A stretch of 64,000 nucleotides of DNA from Vicugna vicugna (GCA_013265495.1 MU058531.1:3286911-3350910), one strand, 5' to 3'; positions 1 through 12,173 are shown, numbered from the stretch's first letter. Notes: a model not told the origin generated them from the sequence alone. Numbers and translations: made by a program.

Positions 1-539
1 ATGACTGAGTTATGCGTCGATAGGAATGCCAGAGGAAAAGCTCCAGAATTTGCAAAATAAAAGCAATCTCTAACATATGATCAGACATGTTTAGAAGAAA
101 ACAATTTGTCTAGAGTCCATTCATGAGATGGGGCATGAGAATTCAAGCAATTCGACTTCACAGACATTAAATGCACCCATCCCATGTCAGTGCCGAGCAA
201 AGTTCTGCTGGAAACTGAGGGAAACATGGTACCTAGAGCTTCATGAAAAGTGAACTGGAGGCCATTTCTGTCCTCCATCTGTGAGAGGGGAAGGGGCAGA
301 TTTTCCTGGCACAGAGACAGACACAGATTCTCAAATCTGGGAGAAGGGGCCAAGAAAAGATTGCCACTAGTTCTCCTTCAAAACCCATTTTCTTTTTTTG
401 GCTTGAGGTTCACCTGCGCATGACATAAAGACATTTGGAAAACAGTTTACAAACTTGGCTTATTATTCTGAGATGTGGTACTGATTCTATATAACAATAT
501 GCATTATATCTGTTGTGAGCACTTGCAAAGGGGCACACT

Positions 540-745
540 CTGTACCAAGTCTTTTATCTGATTTAACCCTCCCAAAAGATCTGTAAGGCAGAAATTTTTA
601 TTATCCTCACTTTTAGAGATGAAGTATCTGAAAAACAGGAGGGTGGGGGATTTAGTGGTTAAACAACTTATCCAAAATCACCCAGTTAACAAATGGTAAA
701 ACCAGATTCAAACCTAGCCCTGAGTAAAGTACTCTGCCATGCTCT
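540..745 (-). mobile_element. MIR SINE relic
   Basis: Reverse-complement MIR core: TTATCCTCACTTTTAGAGATGAAGTATCTGA, followed by AACTTATCCAAAATCACCCAG and GATTCAAACC. Confidence 0.75.
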
Positions 746-1239
746 TTCTTATTCATTATTCCAAGGCAACAGGCTCTATCAGACAAAATCTGGAGTCATG
801 TTGTTCAAGTTGACTTTACTTCCTCAGAAATAAACATTTGCACATTTAGTAATAACTTTACCACAAAGCACTTAAGAATATACAATGGGGAAAGGACAGC
901 CTCTTCAGTTAATGGTGTTGAGGAAACTAGACAGCCACATACAAAATGATGAAACTGGACCACTGTCTAACATCATATACAACAACTAACTCAAGATGGA
1001 TTAAAGACTTGGGCCTAAGACCTGAAGCCATAAGACTCCTAGAAGAAAACAGGCTATAAGTATCTTGACATCATGATCTTTGGATTGGACAATAAAATCA
1101 AAGGCAATAAAAGCAAAAATAAGGAAGTGGGACTACAGCAAACTAAACAGTTTCTGCACAGCAAAGGAAACCATAAACAGAATGAAAAGGCAATCCATAG
1201 AATGGAAGAAAATATTTGTAAATCATACGTCTCATAAGG

Positions 1240-1301
1240 CCATAAGAAATTGACAGAACATTTTTAACTGACTATACTTCAATAAAATATATATATACAC
1301 A
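1240..1301 (+). mobile_element. Ultra-short younger L1 3' tail nested in L1
   Basis: AGAAATTGACAGAACA...CTGACTATACTTCAATAAAA plus TA/CA tail; degenerate TSD CATACGTCTCATAAGG (1224-1239) / CACACATCTTATAAGG (1302-1317), 13/16 match. Confidence 0.7.
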
Positions 1302-1601
1302 CACACATCTTATAAGGGGTTGATATCCAAAATACATAAAGAACTCATAAAACTCAATAGCAAAAAAAAAAAAAGCAAACAACTTGATTTTAAAAAATGG
1401 GCAGAGGATCTGAATAGACACTTTCCCAAATACACACAGATGGCCAACAGAACATGAAAAGATGCTTAATATCACTAATTATCAGGAAGATGAAAATCAA
1501 AACCACAATGAGATATCACTTCACTCCTGTTAGAATGGCTGTTATCACAAAGACAAAAATAACAAGTGTTGGTGAGGATGTGGACAAAGGGAACCCTTGT
1601 G

Positions 1602-1962
1602 CACTACTGGTAGGAATGTAAACTCATGAAGTCACTATGGAAAACAGTATGGAGGTTCCTCAAAAAATTAAAAATAGAACTACCATATGATCCAGCAATT
1701 ACACTTCTTGGTATTTATCCAATGGAAACAAAAACATTAATCAGAAGAGCTATCTGCACCCCCATGTTCACTGAAGCATTATTTACACTACTGGTAGGAA
1801 TGTAAACTCATGAAGTCACTATGGAAAACAGTATGGAGGTTCCTCAAAAAATTAAAAATAGAACTACCATATGATCCAGCAATTACACTTCTTGGTATTT
1901 ATCCAATGGAAACAAAAACATTAATCAGAAGAGCTATCTGCACCCCCATGTTCACTGAAGCA
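1602..1962 (+). repeat. Perfect 177-bp tandem duplication (period 184) inside L1
   Basis: 1602-1778 is identical by eye to 1786-1962. Confidence 0.95.
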
Positions 1963-2351
1963 ACCTAAGTGTATTTTATATATATTGAAATTCATAATTA
2001 TACTGTATATATATGTCATTCAACTGTAAAAAAGAAGGAAATTTGCCATTTGTAACAATGCAGATGGACCTTGGAGGCATTATGCTAGTAGAACAAGTCA
2101 AAAGGAAAGAGACAAATAATCTATGATCTCACTTATATGAGGAATCTACAAAAATATTTTTTAAAAAAAACTGAACTCAAAGATAGAACAGATTAGTAGG
2201 TGCCAGAAGTGGAAGGTGGGGGTGGTATGTGAAATGGGGGAATGTGGTCAAAACGTACAAACTTCCAGTTATAAAATAAATGAGCCCTTGGGATGTACTG
2301 TACAGTATGGTGACTATAGCTAATAATACTGCATTATATATTTGAAAATTG

Positions 2352-2619
2352 AAAGGGGGTGGGAAGGGATAAATTTGGGAGTTTGAGATTTGCAAATGTT
2401 TATCACTTTATGGAAAAATAGATAAAAAACAAATTTCTTCTGTACAGCACAGGAAACTACATTCAATATTTTGTAATAACCTTTAATGAAAAAGAATATG
2501 AAAATGTATATATGTATATATATCATGACTGGGACATTATGCTGTACACCAGAAATAGACACATTGTAAGTGACTATACTTCAATTTAAAAAAAAAGACA
2601 CAGAAAAAAAAGAAAGAAA
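2352..2619 (+). mobile_element. Younger artiodactyl-type L1 3'UTR nested in older L1 3'UTR
   Basis: GGGTGGGAAGGGATAAATTTGGGAG...GACTATACTTCAATTTAAAA; interrupts the host at TTTGAAAATTG|CTAAGAG; similar to 47120-47358. Confidence 0.85.
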
Positions 2620-3904
2620 GAAGCCACTAAGAGGATAGATCTTAAAAGTTCTCATCACAAGAAAAAAAATTTATGTCTATATATGGTGATAGACTTTAAC
2701 TAGACCTCTTGTGATGATCATTTTGTGACACATACAAATATCAAATCATTATGCTGTAGACCTGCAACTAATATAATGTTATATGTCAATTATATCTCGA
2801 TTTTTTTAAAAGTTGACTTTACCCGAATTATTCATTTTTAAAACCCGAATGACTGAGTCATGCCTATGAACAGGCATTCTGCTTTGTGCTAGAAAAGGGA
2901 ACTACAGAGGCATGGAAGTGCCCTAGGAGAACTTGTAACTGGGCGTAGAGACGTGGTGTGCAGGGATAAGGAGGATGTGATTGGGAAAGGTCACCCAGCC
3001 TCCGTCCTCCCCATGCAGCTCAGGAGGACTTGGGGAAAGTGGAGCAGTTCTGGAGCAGCTGCTGTGAAGAATGTGCTGGGTTAAATGATACGTCTGGCAA
3101 AGCAGGGGTATTTCAGGTTCCTTTCCACTCCTCAGAATTAATGTAGCTTATTTTCTCAGATTTTCCAAAATAAAGTTCACCTCTGGCTAGAGCTCAAGCT
3201 TGAAGAATTTCAGTACAGAATTTGGTCTTGTCTCTTGAAAAATCTGTCAGCACTTACAATTTTTTAGCGTGAAAATACATAATTGATTGCACTACTTTAA
3301 GGAGAGAAGGAGGTTGAAATGCTTACTTGACTTTCACTGTTGATTATCTACTTAACTTACTATTTCTTAATGTCACTTCAATTCTGAAATAAAGAAACAA
3401 CCAAGTAAGAGATGTTTTCAAAACCCCAAGTTGAAATCATAAGACAAACCTAAAATTTAGGAACATTTCTGTTTATATTTTCAAGGTACAGGGGTTTATT
3501 GCCCTAATCCTTGCATTTTGAACAATGTCATTTGCTTGCTTTGTGTTCCTTCATAAATGTGTAGACATTTTCTGGCTCCGCCAGGATGTTTTTGTTTCTG
3601 CCCTTTATTTCACTTAAAATATTTTCTTAAATTATCTCATTGCATTTTATGTTTAGAAATCTCTTGGAGACATTCCATCTTGCTTCTGGTGAGGGAGGTA
3701 AATCTGGTTGAGTGTTAATTACTAATGGAATTTCTTCAGACTCAAATCTTCCCCCACCCACTTTGCCTTAGAGCAGGTAGAAAATGTTGCTCTGGAAAAA
3801 CTACAGGATAAATATCTCTAAATCAAGGGCTAATAACCAAGTCCATAACCAGTATATTTTTCCAGAGTGACCTTCAAAAACTGCAAATTCATTATGAAAG
3901 TCCT

Positions 3905-4500
3905 AAACAAGGGGGGAAACTCCCAAAACAGGAAACAAATGGCTAATATATGAAAAAATTTTAACCTTACTACAAATAAAGTAAATTAACAGAGCAATGA
4001 GTTCCTTTCACTTTAAGTTCTGGTTTTCTGCCCTTTTTTTTTTTTCAATGATAATACTCAAAATTGGCAAGAGGGTTCAACTTGCCAGAGGGCACTATGG
4101 TTGGGAGTATAAACTGGTAAAGTCTTTTTGAAAATAAATTTGCAATACATATTATACCCTGTGGCCCCGTAACTCCATTCCTAGGATTCTTTCCTAAGAA
4201 AATAATTTGAACACAGGCCAAAAAAAAAAAAAAAAAAAGTCTTTACATGAAGATATTCCTTTTTATAACTTAGAATAATAATAATGTAAATAACTATTTC
4301 CCTATTTGAATATATTAGGGTTTTTACAAAGCTACATTCATAAATTAGAATCTTATGCACTTTTTCACAATTATGTTTATAAAGATAGAGAGAAGGGAAA
4401 ATAATTGTGATATAATACTAAATGGAAAAGCAAGAGACTGCATATATAGAAGTAAATATAAAAACACATAAAGGATATATATATACACACATATATATAC

Positions 4501-4535
<35 letters not shown>

Positions 4536-4560
4536 AGTACACAAACTTAAACATCCTTTC
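3905..4560 (+). mobile_element. Ancient L1 (L1ME-like) 3' fragment with (CA)n at ~4490-4534
   Basis: Highly diverged L1 motifs: GGTTGGGAGTATAAACTGGTA and ACTCCATTCCTAGGATTCTTTCCTAAGAAAATAAT. Confidence 0.6.
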
Positions 4561-4682
4561 TGTAAAATGATTAGACAGATGATCTCTGAAGCCCCAAGTA
4601 TGAGTCTATAAAGTGGATCTGACCAGTGTGCTGTCATCAGTCTCTGGAAACTATAGTAATGAGGTCAGTGACACTTACCACT

Positions 4683-5020
4683 CGTATTAGGTAAGATTCC
4701 CTGCAAACAGAGCCTGGGAAAGGGATTGGAGGTGTGTGATTTATTGGGGCCGTGCTCTTCAGGGAAATCCTGTGAAGGCCTGATAGAGAAGACAAGATGG
4801 GTGGAGAGAGGCAAGCCAGGGTGTGATTTCAGGTTAAGTCTAGTCTTGGCCTGATCCTGGGGTGCTCTGGAGCACAGTCCACACCACAGCACTGTAGGTG
4901 GTTGGAATCCCAGGAGCAGTTCTAGGCGGGTGGGGCAGAGTGGAACCCCTGAGCTGTTAACAGCTAGGTTCACAGCAGCCGGGTGCAACAGCAAATGGAA
5001 TGTGGGCCCCGTTGTGTCTA
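4683..5020 (-). mobile_element. ERVL-class solo LTR (LTR33-like)
   Basis: GTATTAGGTAAGATTCCCTGCAAACAGAGCCTGGGAAAGGGATT...GTGATTTATTGGGG resembles the LTR33-family terminus. Confidence 0.6.
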
Positions 5021-5724
5021 CTAAGCCATGTAGGGCCATTGTGAGGATTAAATGAGGTCTCTGTTGGGACCCACAAGACCCATCAAGGAACAGTGCTTTT
5101 TTTGCTCTTAATGTTAACCAGCTACTGATTTTTAAAGACCACACTTATTTTTAAATACATACACAAATCTGACTCTTTGAGTGGGAACACAGTTGCAATG
5201 CAGAAGCTCAACTTAGAGAATGTCCCCTTCCCTTACAGACACCATCCACTGTTTCCACATGCTTTGCTTGCCGAGGTCCCTGCTGGTTGCAAATGTATGG
5301 AAAACAGCAGTGAGGAAACAGGGTTGAGCCCTCTCTATAGGCTTGGTGGCTCTGATTTCTCTGGACCATATATTCTTTCTGGGTAAAATTAAATCAATGA
5401 AGGGTCCTTAATCTGGGCCAGGATACTTCCAGGGATTGTACTGAAAATTTCATGCAGTTTTCTAAGATTAAGGTGCTTAACTTTCATCAGATGCATTAAG
5501 GAGAGAGTGACTCAAGGAAGCCGACTTCCAAGCTTCCTTCCTTCAGCCCTCTGATGATGAATGCGAGAAGAGACTTAAGTCAAGGGAGGGAATTAAGCAT
5601 TACATTCTTTGTTCTAGTTTAAGAGATACAGTCAGTTGGAAGGATTCGCTGGTCTCATCCTCCTTCAACCCCCATTCAGATTTAGGAAAATTAAAGGTAG
5701 GCTCCCAGGGAACCCCAAATAACT

Positions 5725-5830
5725 GTCACTGCCACATTTTTACCCCCACTCTGAGGTGAACGTTATCTTCATTTTAACAGAGGGGGAAACTGAGGAGCCG
5801 GTGAGGTAACTCATCCAAAGTCCAACAGCG
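5725..5830 (-). mobile_element. MIR fragment
   Basis: TTATCTTCATTTTAACAGAGGGGGAAACTGAGG...GTAACTCATCCAAAGTC. Confidence 0.75.
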
Positions 5831-6389
5831 CCCCCTTGTGCTTTAGATATAGATGTCAAGACTTCTTGTGGCTTTCAAATGTCTTTGGGTATATTTTAAA
5901 ATATTTTTATTTTTAAAAAGATATCCTTTTTTTTCTCTTTCAAAAGTGACACTTTAAAAGTTCAACAACACATAAATGTGTAAAATATAAACGGAAGGCT
6001 CATCCTCAATTTACCTCCCTAGACGCTAAGTCATACAGTAGACCCTTTTTTATATAGGTATGTATAGATTTGTTTGTTGAATTGATTTTTACAAAAATGA
6101 CATCATGTTATACACCTTGTCCTCCAACTTCTGTCCAGACAGTATATCATGGGCATTTTTCATGTCAGAACACAAAGATTGTACCTCACTCATTTGAAAA
6201 CTGTAATAAAAACAACTTATACACATATTAGAGACTACTAATACATTAATTTGAACCACCAGGTGAAAGCGTTTTTGTGAACAATGTGGAATGAGACTTC
6301 TGCTATTTTGGAGCAATTATTCAAACTTCTTATAAACTGAGGTTTAATGGAGGTTGTACCTCTGCACTGTTCAAGAAAATTCAGGAACT

Positions 6390-7464
6390 CTCCCTTACAC
6401 CATATACAAAAATCAACTCAAAATGGATCAAAGACTTAAACATAAGACAAGATACAATAAACCTCCTTGAGGAAAACATAGGCAAAACATTATCTGACAT
6501 ACATTTCAAAAATTTTCTCCTAGAAGAAATAAAAGCAAGAATAAACAAATGGGACCTAATGAAACTTACAAGCTTCTGCACAGCAAAGGAAACCAGAAGT
6601 AAAACAAGAAGACAACCTACGGAATGGGAGAAAATTTTTGCAAATGAAACCGACAAAGGCTTCATCTCCAGAATATACAAGCAGCTCATATGACTCAATA
6701 AGAAAAAAATAAACAACCCAATCCAAAAATGGGCAGAAGACCTAAACAAGCAATTCTCCAAGGAAGACATACAAATGATCAAAAGGCACATGAAAAAATG
6801 CTCAATATCACTAATTATCAGAGAAATGCAAATCAAAACTACAATGAGGTATCACCTCACACCAGTCAGAATGGCNNNNNNNNNNNNNNNNNNNNNNNNN
6901 NNNNNNNNNNNNNNNNNNNNNNNNNNNNNNNNNNNNNNNNNNNNNNNNNNNNNNNNNNNNNNNNNNNNNNNNNNNNNNNNNNNNNNNNNNNNNNNNNNNN
7001 NNNNNNNNNNNNNNNNNNNNNNNNNNNNNNNNNNNNNNNNNNNNNNNNNNNNNNNNNNNNNNNNNNNNNNNNNNNNNNNNNNNNNNNNNNNNNNNNNNNN
7101 NNNNNNNNNNNNNNNNNNNNNNNNNNNNNNNNNNNNNNNNNNNNNNNNNNNNNNNNNNNNNNNNNNNNNNNNNNNNNNNNNNNNNNNNNNNNNNNNNNNN
7201 NNNNNNNGGGTGGAGGGTGGGAAGGGATAGACTGGGATTTCAAAATTGTAGAACAGATAAACAAGATTACACTGTATAGCACAGGGAAATATACACAAAA
7301 TGTTATGATAACTCACAGAGAAAAAAATGTGACAATGAGTGTGTATATGTCCATGAATGACTGAAAAATTGTGCTGAACACTGGAATTTGACATAACATT
7401 GTAAAATGATTATAAATCAATAAAAAATGTTAAAAAAAAAAAAAGATTAGTTACCACTAGGAAA
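6390..7464 (+). mobile_element. Young 5'-truncated LINE-1 (camelid-type 3'UTR) spanning the assembly gap
   Basis: Well-preserved ORF2 3' sequence ([31 protein letters not shown]); AATAAA and poly(A); 14-bp TSD AAAATTCAGGAACT at 6376-6389 and 7465-7478. Confidence 0.95.
6876..7207. other. Assembly gap (332 N)
   Basis: Run of N inside the young L1. Confidence 1.
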
Positions 7465-8159
7465 AAAATTCAGGAACTGTTCAGGACCACTCACGTGAAA
7501 ATTTTCAAATAAGCATGCTCCCACAGCCCAGGGAGCTGCCCTCCGTTCACTGTCCACCAAGCTGCCACCTGCTCTGCACAGGTGCCCATCACACCATAAC
7601 CATCAACTGTGTCATAGCAAATGCAGCCTTACCAGCCGCCTTACCCTGACTATTCTGCATCATAGAAAGACTTAGCTCTTGCAATTTTGCTGTCTTGCCT
7701 GTCTAACTCTCAATACTTATAATAGAGTTTTTATAAGTTTTAGACACTTGTAGTGCAGCTTTTAGTTTTATAAATGTTATTATATTTTTGTAGAGATGAA
7801 GTTAAGTAACCTGAGAATTTGAAGCCAAAGGATACATAGACACAGATGTTTAATTATTTAACAAATTCTATTAAAAACAAGATATTTTAATCGCTTCAAA
7901 TTCAGCTAAACAAGCTCAATTTGGCAAGGCAGAAGCATAATCGTACCAGCCTTACAATGTAAAAAAATTCGAAGGGTGAAAATTAACATTAATAATCATT
8001 TATTCAATCTACAAAACAAATGAAATGGGATGGCTTTTAGATTTTAAGTAAATGCTTGATGGTCACAGGCACTGCATATCTGAATATTTTCAAAACGCCT
8101 TGATTGAACATCTCATAATGTTACAATATACATCTGAAAAGTGTGTCATACCAAACAGA

Positions 8160-8400
8160 ACAGTATAGATTGGTGATGAATGGTTCCAGCGCTGGAATCA
8201 GATCAACTCAAGTTTGAATCCTAGCTTCACCATTAGCTGGATGAACTTGAGCAAGTAACATGACCTTTTTGAATCTCAGTTTCCTCATCTATGAAATGGG
8301 TTTGTTAGCCCCCAAATAACAGAGATGTTGCAAGAATTGTGAACTTGTGGAGGTAAAGAATTTAGCACATGCCTAATGCTGAACAAGTATTAAGGGTGAT
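8160..8400 (+). mobile_element. MIR SINE
   Basis: GTTTGAATCCTAGCTTCACCA...CTTGAGCAAGT...TCTCAGTTTCCTCATCTATGAAATGGG. Confidence 0.85.
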
Positions 8401-10236
8401 TATATTTTACACAAAGGAGCAGCAAAAGCCACTTGGGCTCAAGATGAAGGATGCTCTTCTCGGATGTCCTCCTGAGCCACAAGTAGCTGGTCAGGACCTC
8501 CTTGTCCCACCTGTTTAATCCTTGCCTGCTGTGCTCTTAGCCAATTCACAGCATGATCTCACAGTAAGTGTCCATTTTTAGCAGGGAGATGCCATCCATC
8601 AAATCTTTTTTTTCTTCTTTTCTGAAATTTGCATGGAAAAGGGAAAGAAGGTCTTTTTTTAAAAAAGGTCTTAAAGTTAAATACAAGAGAAGGTAAATGT
8701 TAACAGAGGAAAGAGGCCTGCTGCTGGCCTCTGAGAAAAAGCCATCTAGGGGGCTTTGATGTTAACCTGATCTGAAGGAAGAGCTTTGTTCCCAGGCTAG
8801 AATTCACAGTGAATTTATTTTATCTTCTTTCATGAAAGTAATACGTAAACTTAATAAAGAAAAAAGTTACACAGTACAGAGCAAAGAAACATTAAGCTTC
8901 CTGTCCCCAAACACCTCCAGTCCTGGCCCTTTGCTCCATTTTAACTATTGGTTTTTGCCTTTGGGGATCATCTCCATCAGAGATGGGTTTGAATGGAACA
9001 ATCTCATTCAAGTGTTTGCAAAGTCCAGGGTCAGGATATGCAAAACCAAAGGGAGCAAGAAGATTCCATGTCTTTCTGGTTAAGGCCAACGTCAGCACAA
9101 GAAATTAGCAAACATCATCCCAGCAGAATTTGGAAATGGAATTCTGGAATAAATGAGCAGATCGTGGTCAAAACAGCCAGCATGCCCAGAAGGACTGGGG
9201 TTGGCTTTTCTGTTACCCCTTACCTCAGCCATCCCCAGAGTCCTTGAGTAAAGCTAAGCAGAAGACCATCATAAACTGGACCAATGCCCACAGCTGATCC
9301 AAGGAGCAAGGCCTGGAAACCAGACTAGGAACCAAATCTCTTCTCGTCACAACCATGCACCTGGATGGTCACAGAATGAACTTGGCCTTGAATGGTCCAG
9401 ACCTGGCTCCCAGACAGATCCCTTGAGAGGCAAGATACAAGAGAGTCCACCTGGTGAGATGAAGGATTCCCTGGCCAAGCCAGCCACCTGCAGACTGGGA
9501 ATAAATCAGGACTCTACTCTTCTCATAGATATGCCAGCCAACTTGTGACTTACCTAGCAGGAATTTGGAAGCTGATTAAGGAAATGAAAGCAACCCAAGT
9601 ATATTTCATTATGGTCAGATGCCAACCAAATAAATCCAGATTATCATTATGTATTTATACCCACAAAGGGAACAACTTGGCATGGATTACAAAGTATTTA
9701 ATTATAATTTAGATATATCATGGCATTCAATGTTTTGTTTCACTATGCCTTCATTTATTGACATGCCAACATGAACACAGAAAATTTTAAGTTCCTGCCA
9801 GTCCTTTACTGACCTCCTGTATTATTAGGAGAAATAATAATTAGCTGTACAGGAAAAAAAAGATTCACTTTCATAAGTAGCTTAATATGAGGTAGTAAGA
9901 ATATTGAAACTAGAGGAGGAAAAGTGTATCTCCCTAAGTACACAAGCTCTTGGAAGCTTTTCTGCCTCCTCAAAGGTTCTTATCTCTACCTCCAAGTTAT
10001 CTTTCAGACTCACCCCACTTTTAAGCTTTCACTTCCCAGTTAGAATGATTTTCTTCTTCTTTTCTACTTCTGGAGTGCCCTCTTCTTACTTAAATCATTG
10101 CGTGAGTGATGTGTTCTAATTATTAGTTTAACTATCTGTCTCCCCAGAGGGCAAAAAAACTGACTGTAAGAAATTGTTTTGCTCATTATGGTACATCACA
10201 CAGAGGAGTACGATGCTACAGTCAAAGAGAAAAAGG

Positions 10237-10957
10237 AATCATCAGACTTCAGGGATGTGAAAGTCAAAGCTACAGTGAGACACCACTTTATACCCACTAG
10301 GATAATTGAAGTAAAAAAGATGATAACGAGCGTTGGCAAGAAGGTGAAGAAATTAGGACCCTCAGACGTTTCTTGTATGACTGTGAAAACAGTGCAGCCA
10401 CTGTGGAACATAGTCTAGCAGTTTCTCAGAAAATTAAACATAGAGTTACCATGTGATTCAGCAATTCCACACCTAGGCATAAAGCCAAGAGAATTGAAAA
10501 CATTTGTCCATACAAAAACTTGCACATGAATGTTCATAGCAGCACTATTCATAACAGCCAAAAAAGTGGAAACAACTCAAGTATCCGTCAACTGAAGAGT
10601 GGAGCAACAAAATGTGGTACTTCTATACAAGAGAAAGTTATTTGGCAATAAAAAGAAACAAAGTACTGGTACATGACACAATACAGATGAAGCTTGAAAA
10701 CACTGTGGGAAGCAAAAGAGGCCAGTGTCAAAGAGTACAGAAAATAGATTGGTTGTTTCTGACAGTTGGTGGAATTGGGGGGAATGGTGTGTGACTGCTA
10801 AAAGGTACAAGGTTTCTTTTTGGGGTGATGAAATGTTCTAAAACTGATTATGGTGATGGCACAACTTTGTGAATATACTAAAAACCACTGAATTGTACAT
10901 TTTGAATGGCCAAATTGTATGGTGTGAATTGTCTCAATAAAACTGTTACTAAAAAAT
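10237..10957 (+). mobile_element. L1 (L1MB-like) 3' end
   Basis: CAGCAATTCCACACCTAGG...GTTTCTTTTTGGGGTGATGAAATGTTCTAAAA...CTCAATAAAACTGTT. Confidence 0.88.
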
Positions 10958-10989
10958 ATGGAAGAACTCTTTAATACTTGAAAGGTGTG

Positions 10990-12131
10990 ATTCTAGCACA
11001 TAAAGTTAAAAAAGAAGGTTCAGTTTAATAATACATGTGTGAGAAACAAGGTAAATAGAAATATGCATGCACCAGTTCATTTTTGCAAAATGAATCACAT
11101 GAAAGTTAAGCCAGAAATTAAGGATAATGTCTCCTACAGAGGGAGAGTGGGAAGTGGGGATGTGAAAGGAAGGTAGTGACACTTCCCCGAGTAAACCTTT
11201 TTTGTATAGTTTTGACTTCTGAAACCATGTTAATTTTTTTACATATTCAAAAATTAAATCAACATATTTCTTTAAGTTTGAACTTATTTCAAATGTGAAA
11301 CGATTCCATACGTCTACACTTATACTAGAAACAGACACACACACAAAAAAAAAGAACAGGGGAAGAGAGAAAGTTCTTATTTACAGAAGAACACTAACTG
11401 AAAATCATATGAGAAACAACAGAGTTTTAAAAATCACCACTTTCCAACCACCATCCTATTAACTGATTCAGGCAAGAATCATCAATAGATGCTACACTTG
11501 TTGGGCAAAAATTTGTTGGGGACAAGAACATAAATACACAGTCAAAACATCTTCCTGCAGATTACTTATTAATTACAAGGGAAGAAATTATATCTTTACC
11601 AAAATATGGTAGATAATACTTTAGCCAAGTGATCAAAATGAACACCACCCAAGATGGGACAAACCACATTAGATGATTCCTGCTGTGATACACTGAAAGA
11701 AACACATCGTTCCTGTCATATTCCTGCCAAGAATGCATAATCAAAACGAAGTCATAAGAAGACACTCAGATTCATCTAAAATGAGGGACATTCTGTAAAA
11801 CAATAGGCAAGCAGGCTTTAAAAAAAAACATGAAAGGCTGACAAACCATTGCAGATTCAAGGAGACTAAAGAGAAACAGCAACTAAATGCAATGTGTGGC
11901 CCTGGATTAAATCCTGGACAAGTGAAAAAAAGTATTGTATTCAATACTGGTATAGTCAATGACGTTGGAATATAGACTATTTATTAGACAATAATATTGG
12001 ATCAATGTTAAATTTCCTGAATTTGATAATAAAAGAGTATCCTAATTCTAAGGAGATACACATTTTGGTGGTAAAGGGCCTCGATCTCTTCAACTTACTC
12101 TCAAATGTTTAATTTGAAAAAAAGAAGAGAG

Positions 12132-12173
<42 letters not shown>

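Larger units (their letters stand above)
820..2809 (+). mobile_element. 5'-truncated LINE-1 (ORF2 3' end + 3'UTR, L1MA-like) carrying nested insertions
   Basis: Degenerate ORF2 C-terminal sequence and 3'UTR; flanked by a perfect 13-bp TSD AAGTTGACTTTAC at 807-819 and 2810-2822. Confidence 0.93.

Noticed and set aside
81..353. 90-aa minus ORF
   Set aside because: Non-ATG start and no recognisable family; only the short internal exon candidate has splice support
1602..1962. Direct repeats as a CRISPR-like or functional array
   Set aside because: Only two copies of L1 sequence, no spacers, mammalian context
4665..5144. 159-aa ORF
   Set aside because: Lies mostly in an ERVL-type LTR relic; no protein similarity recognised
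6381..7394. Long ORFs of 138-211 aa
   Set aside because: Antisense or remnant L1 ORF2 frames, or ORFs inflated by the N gap
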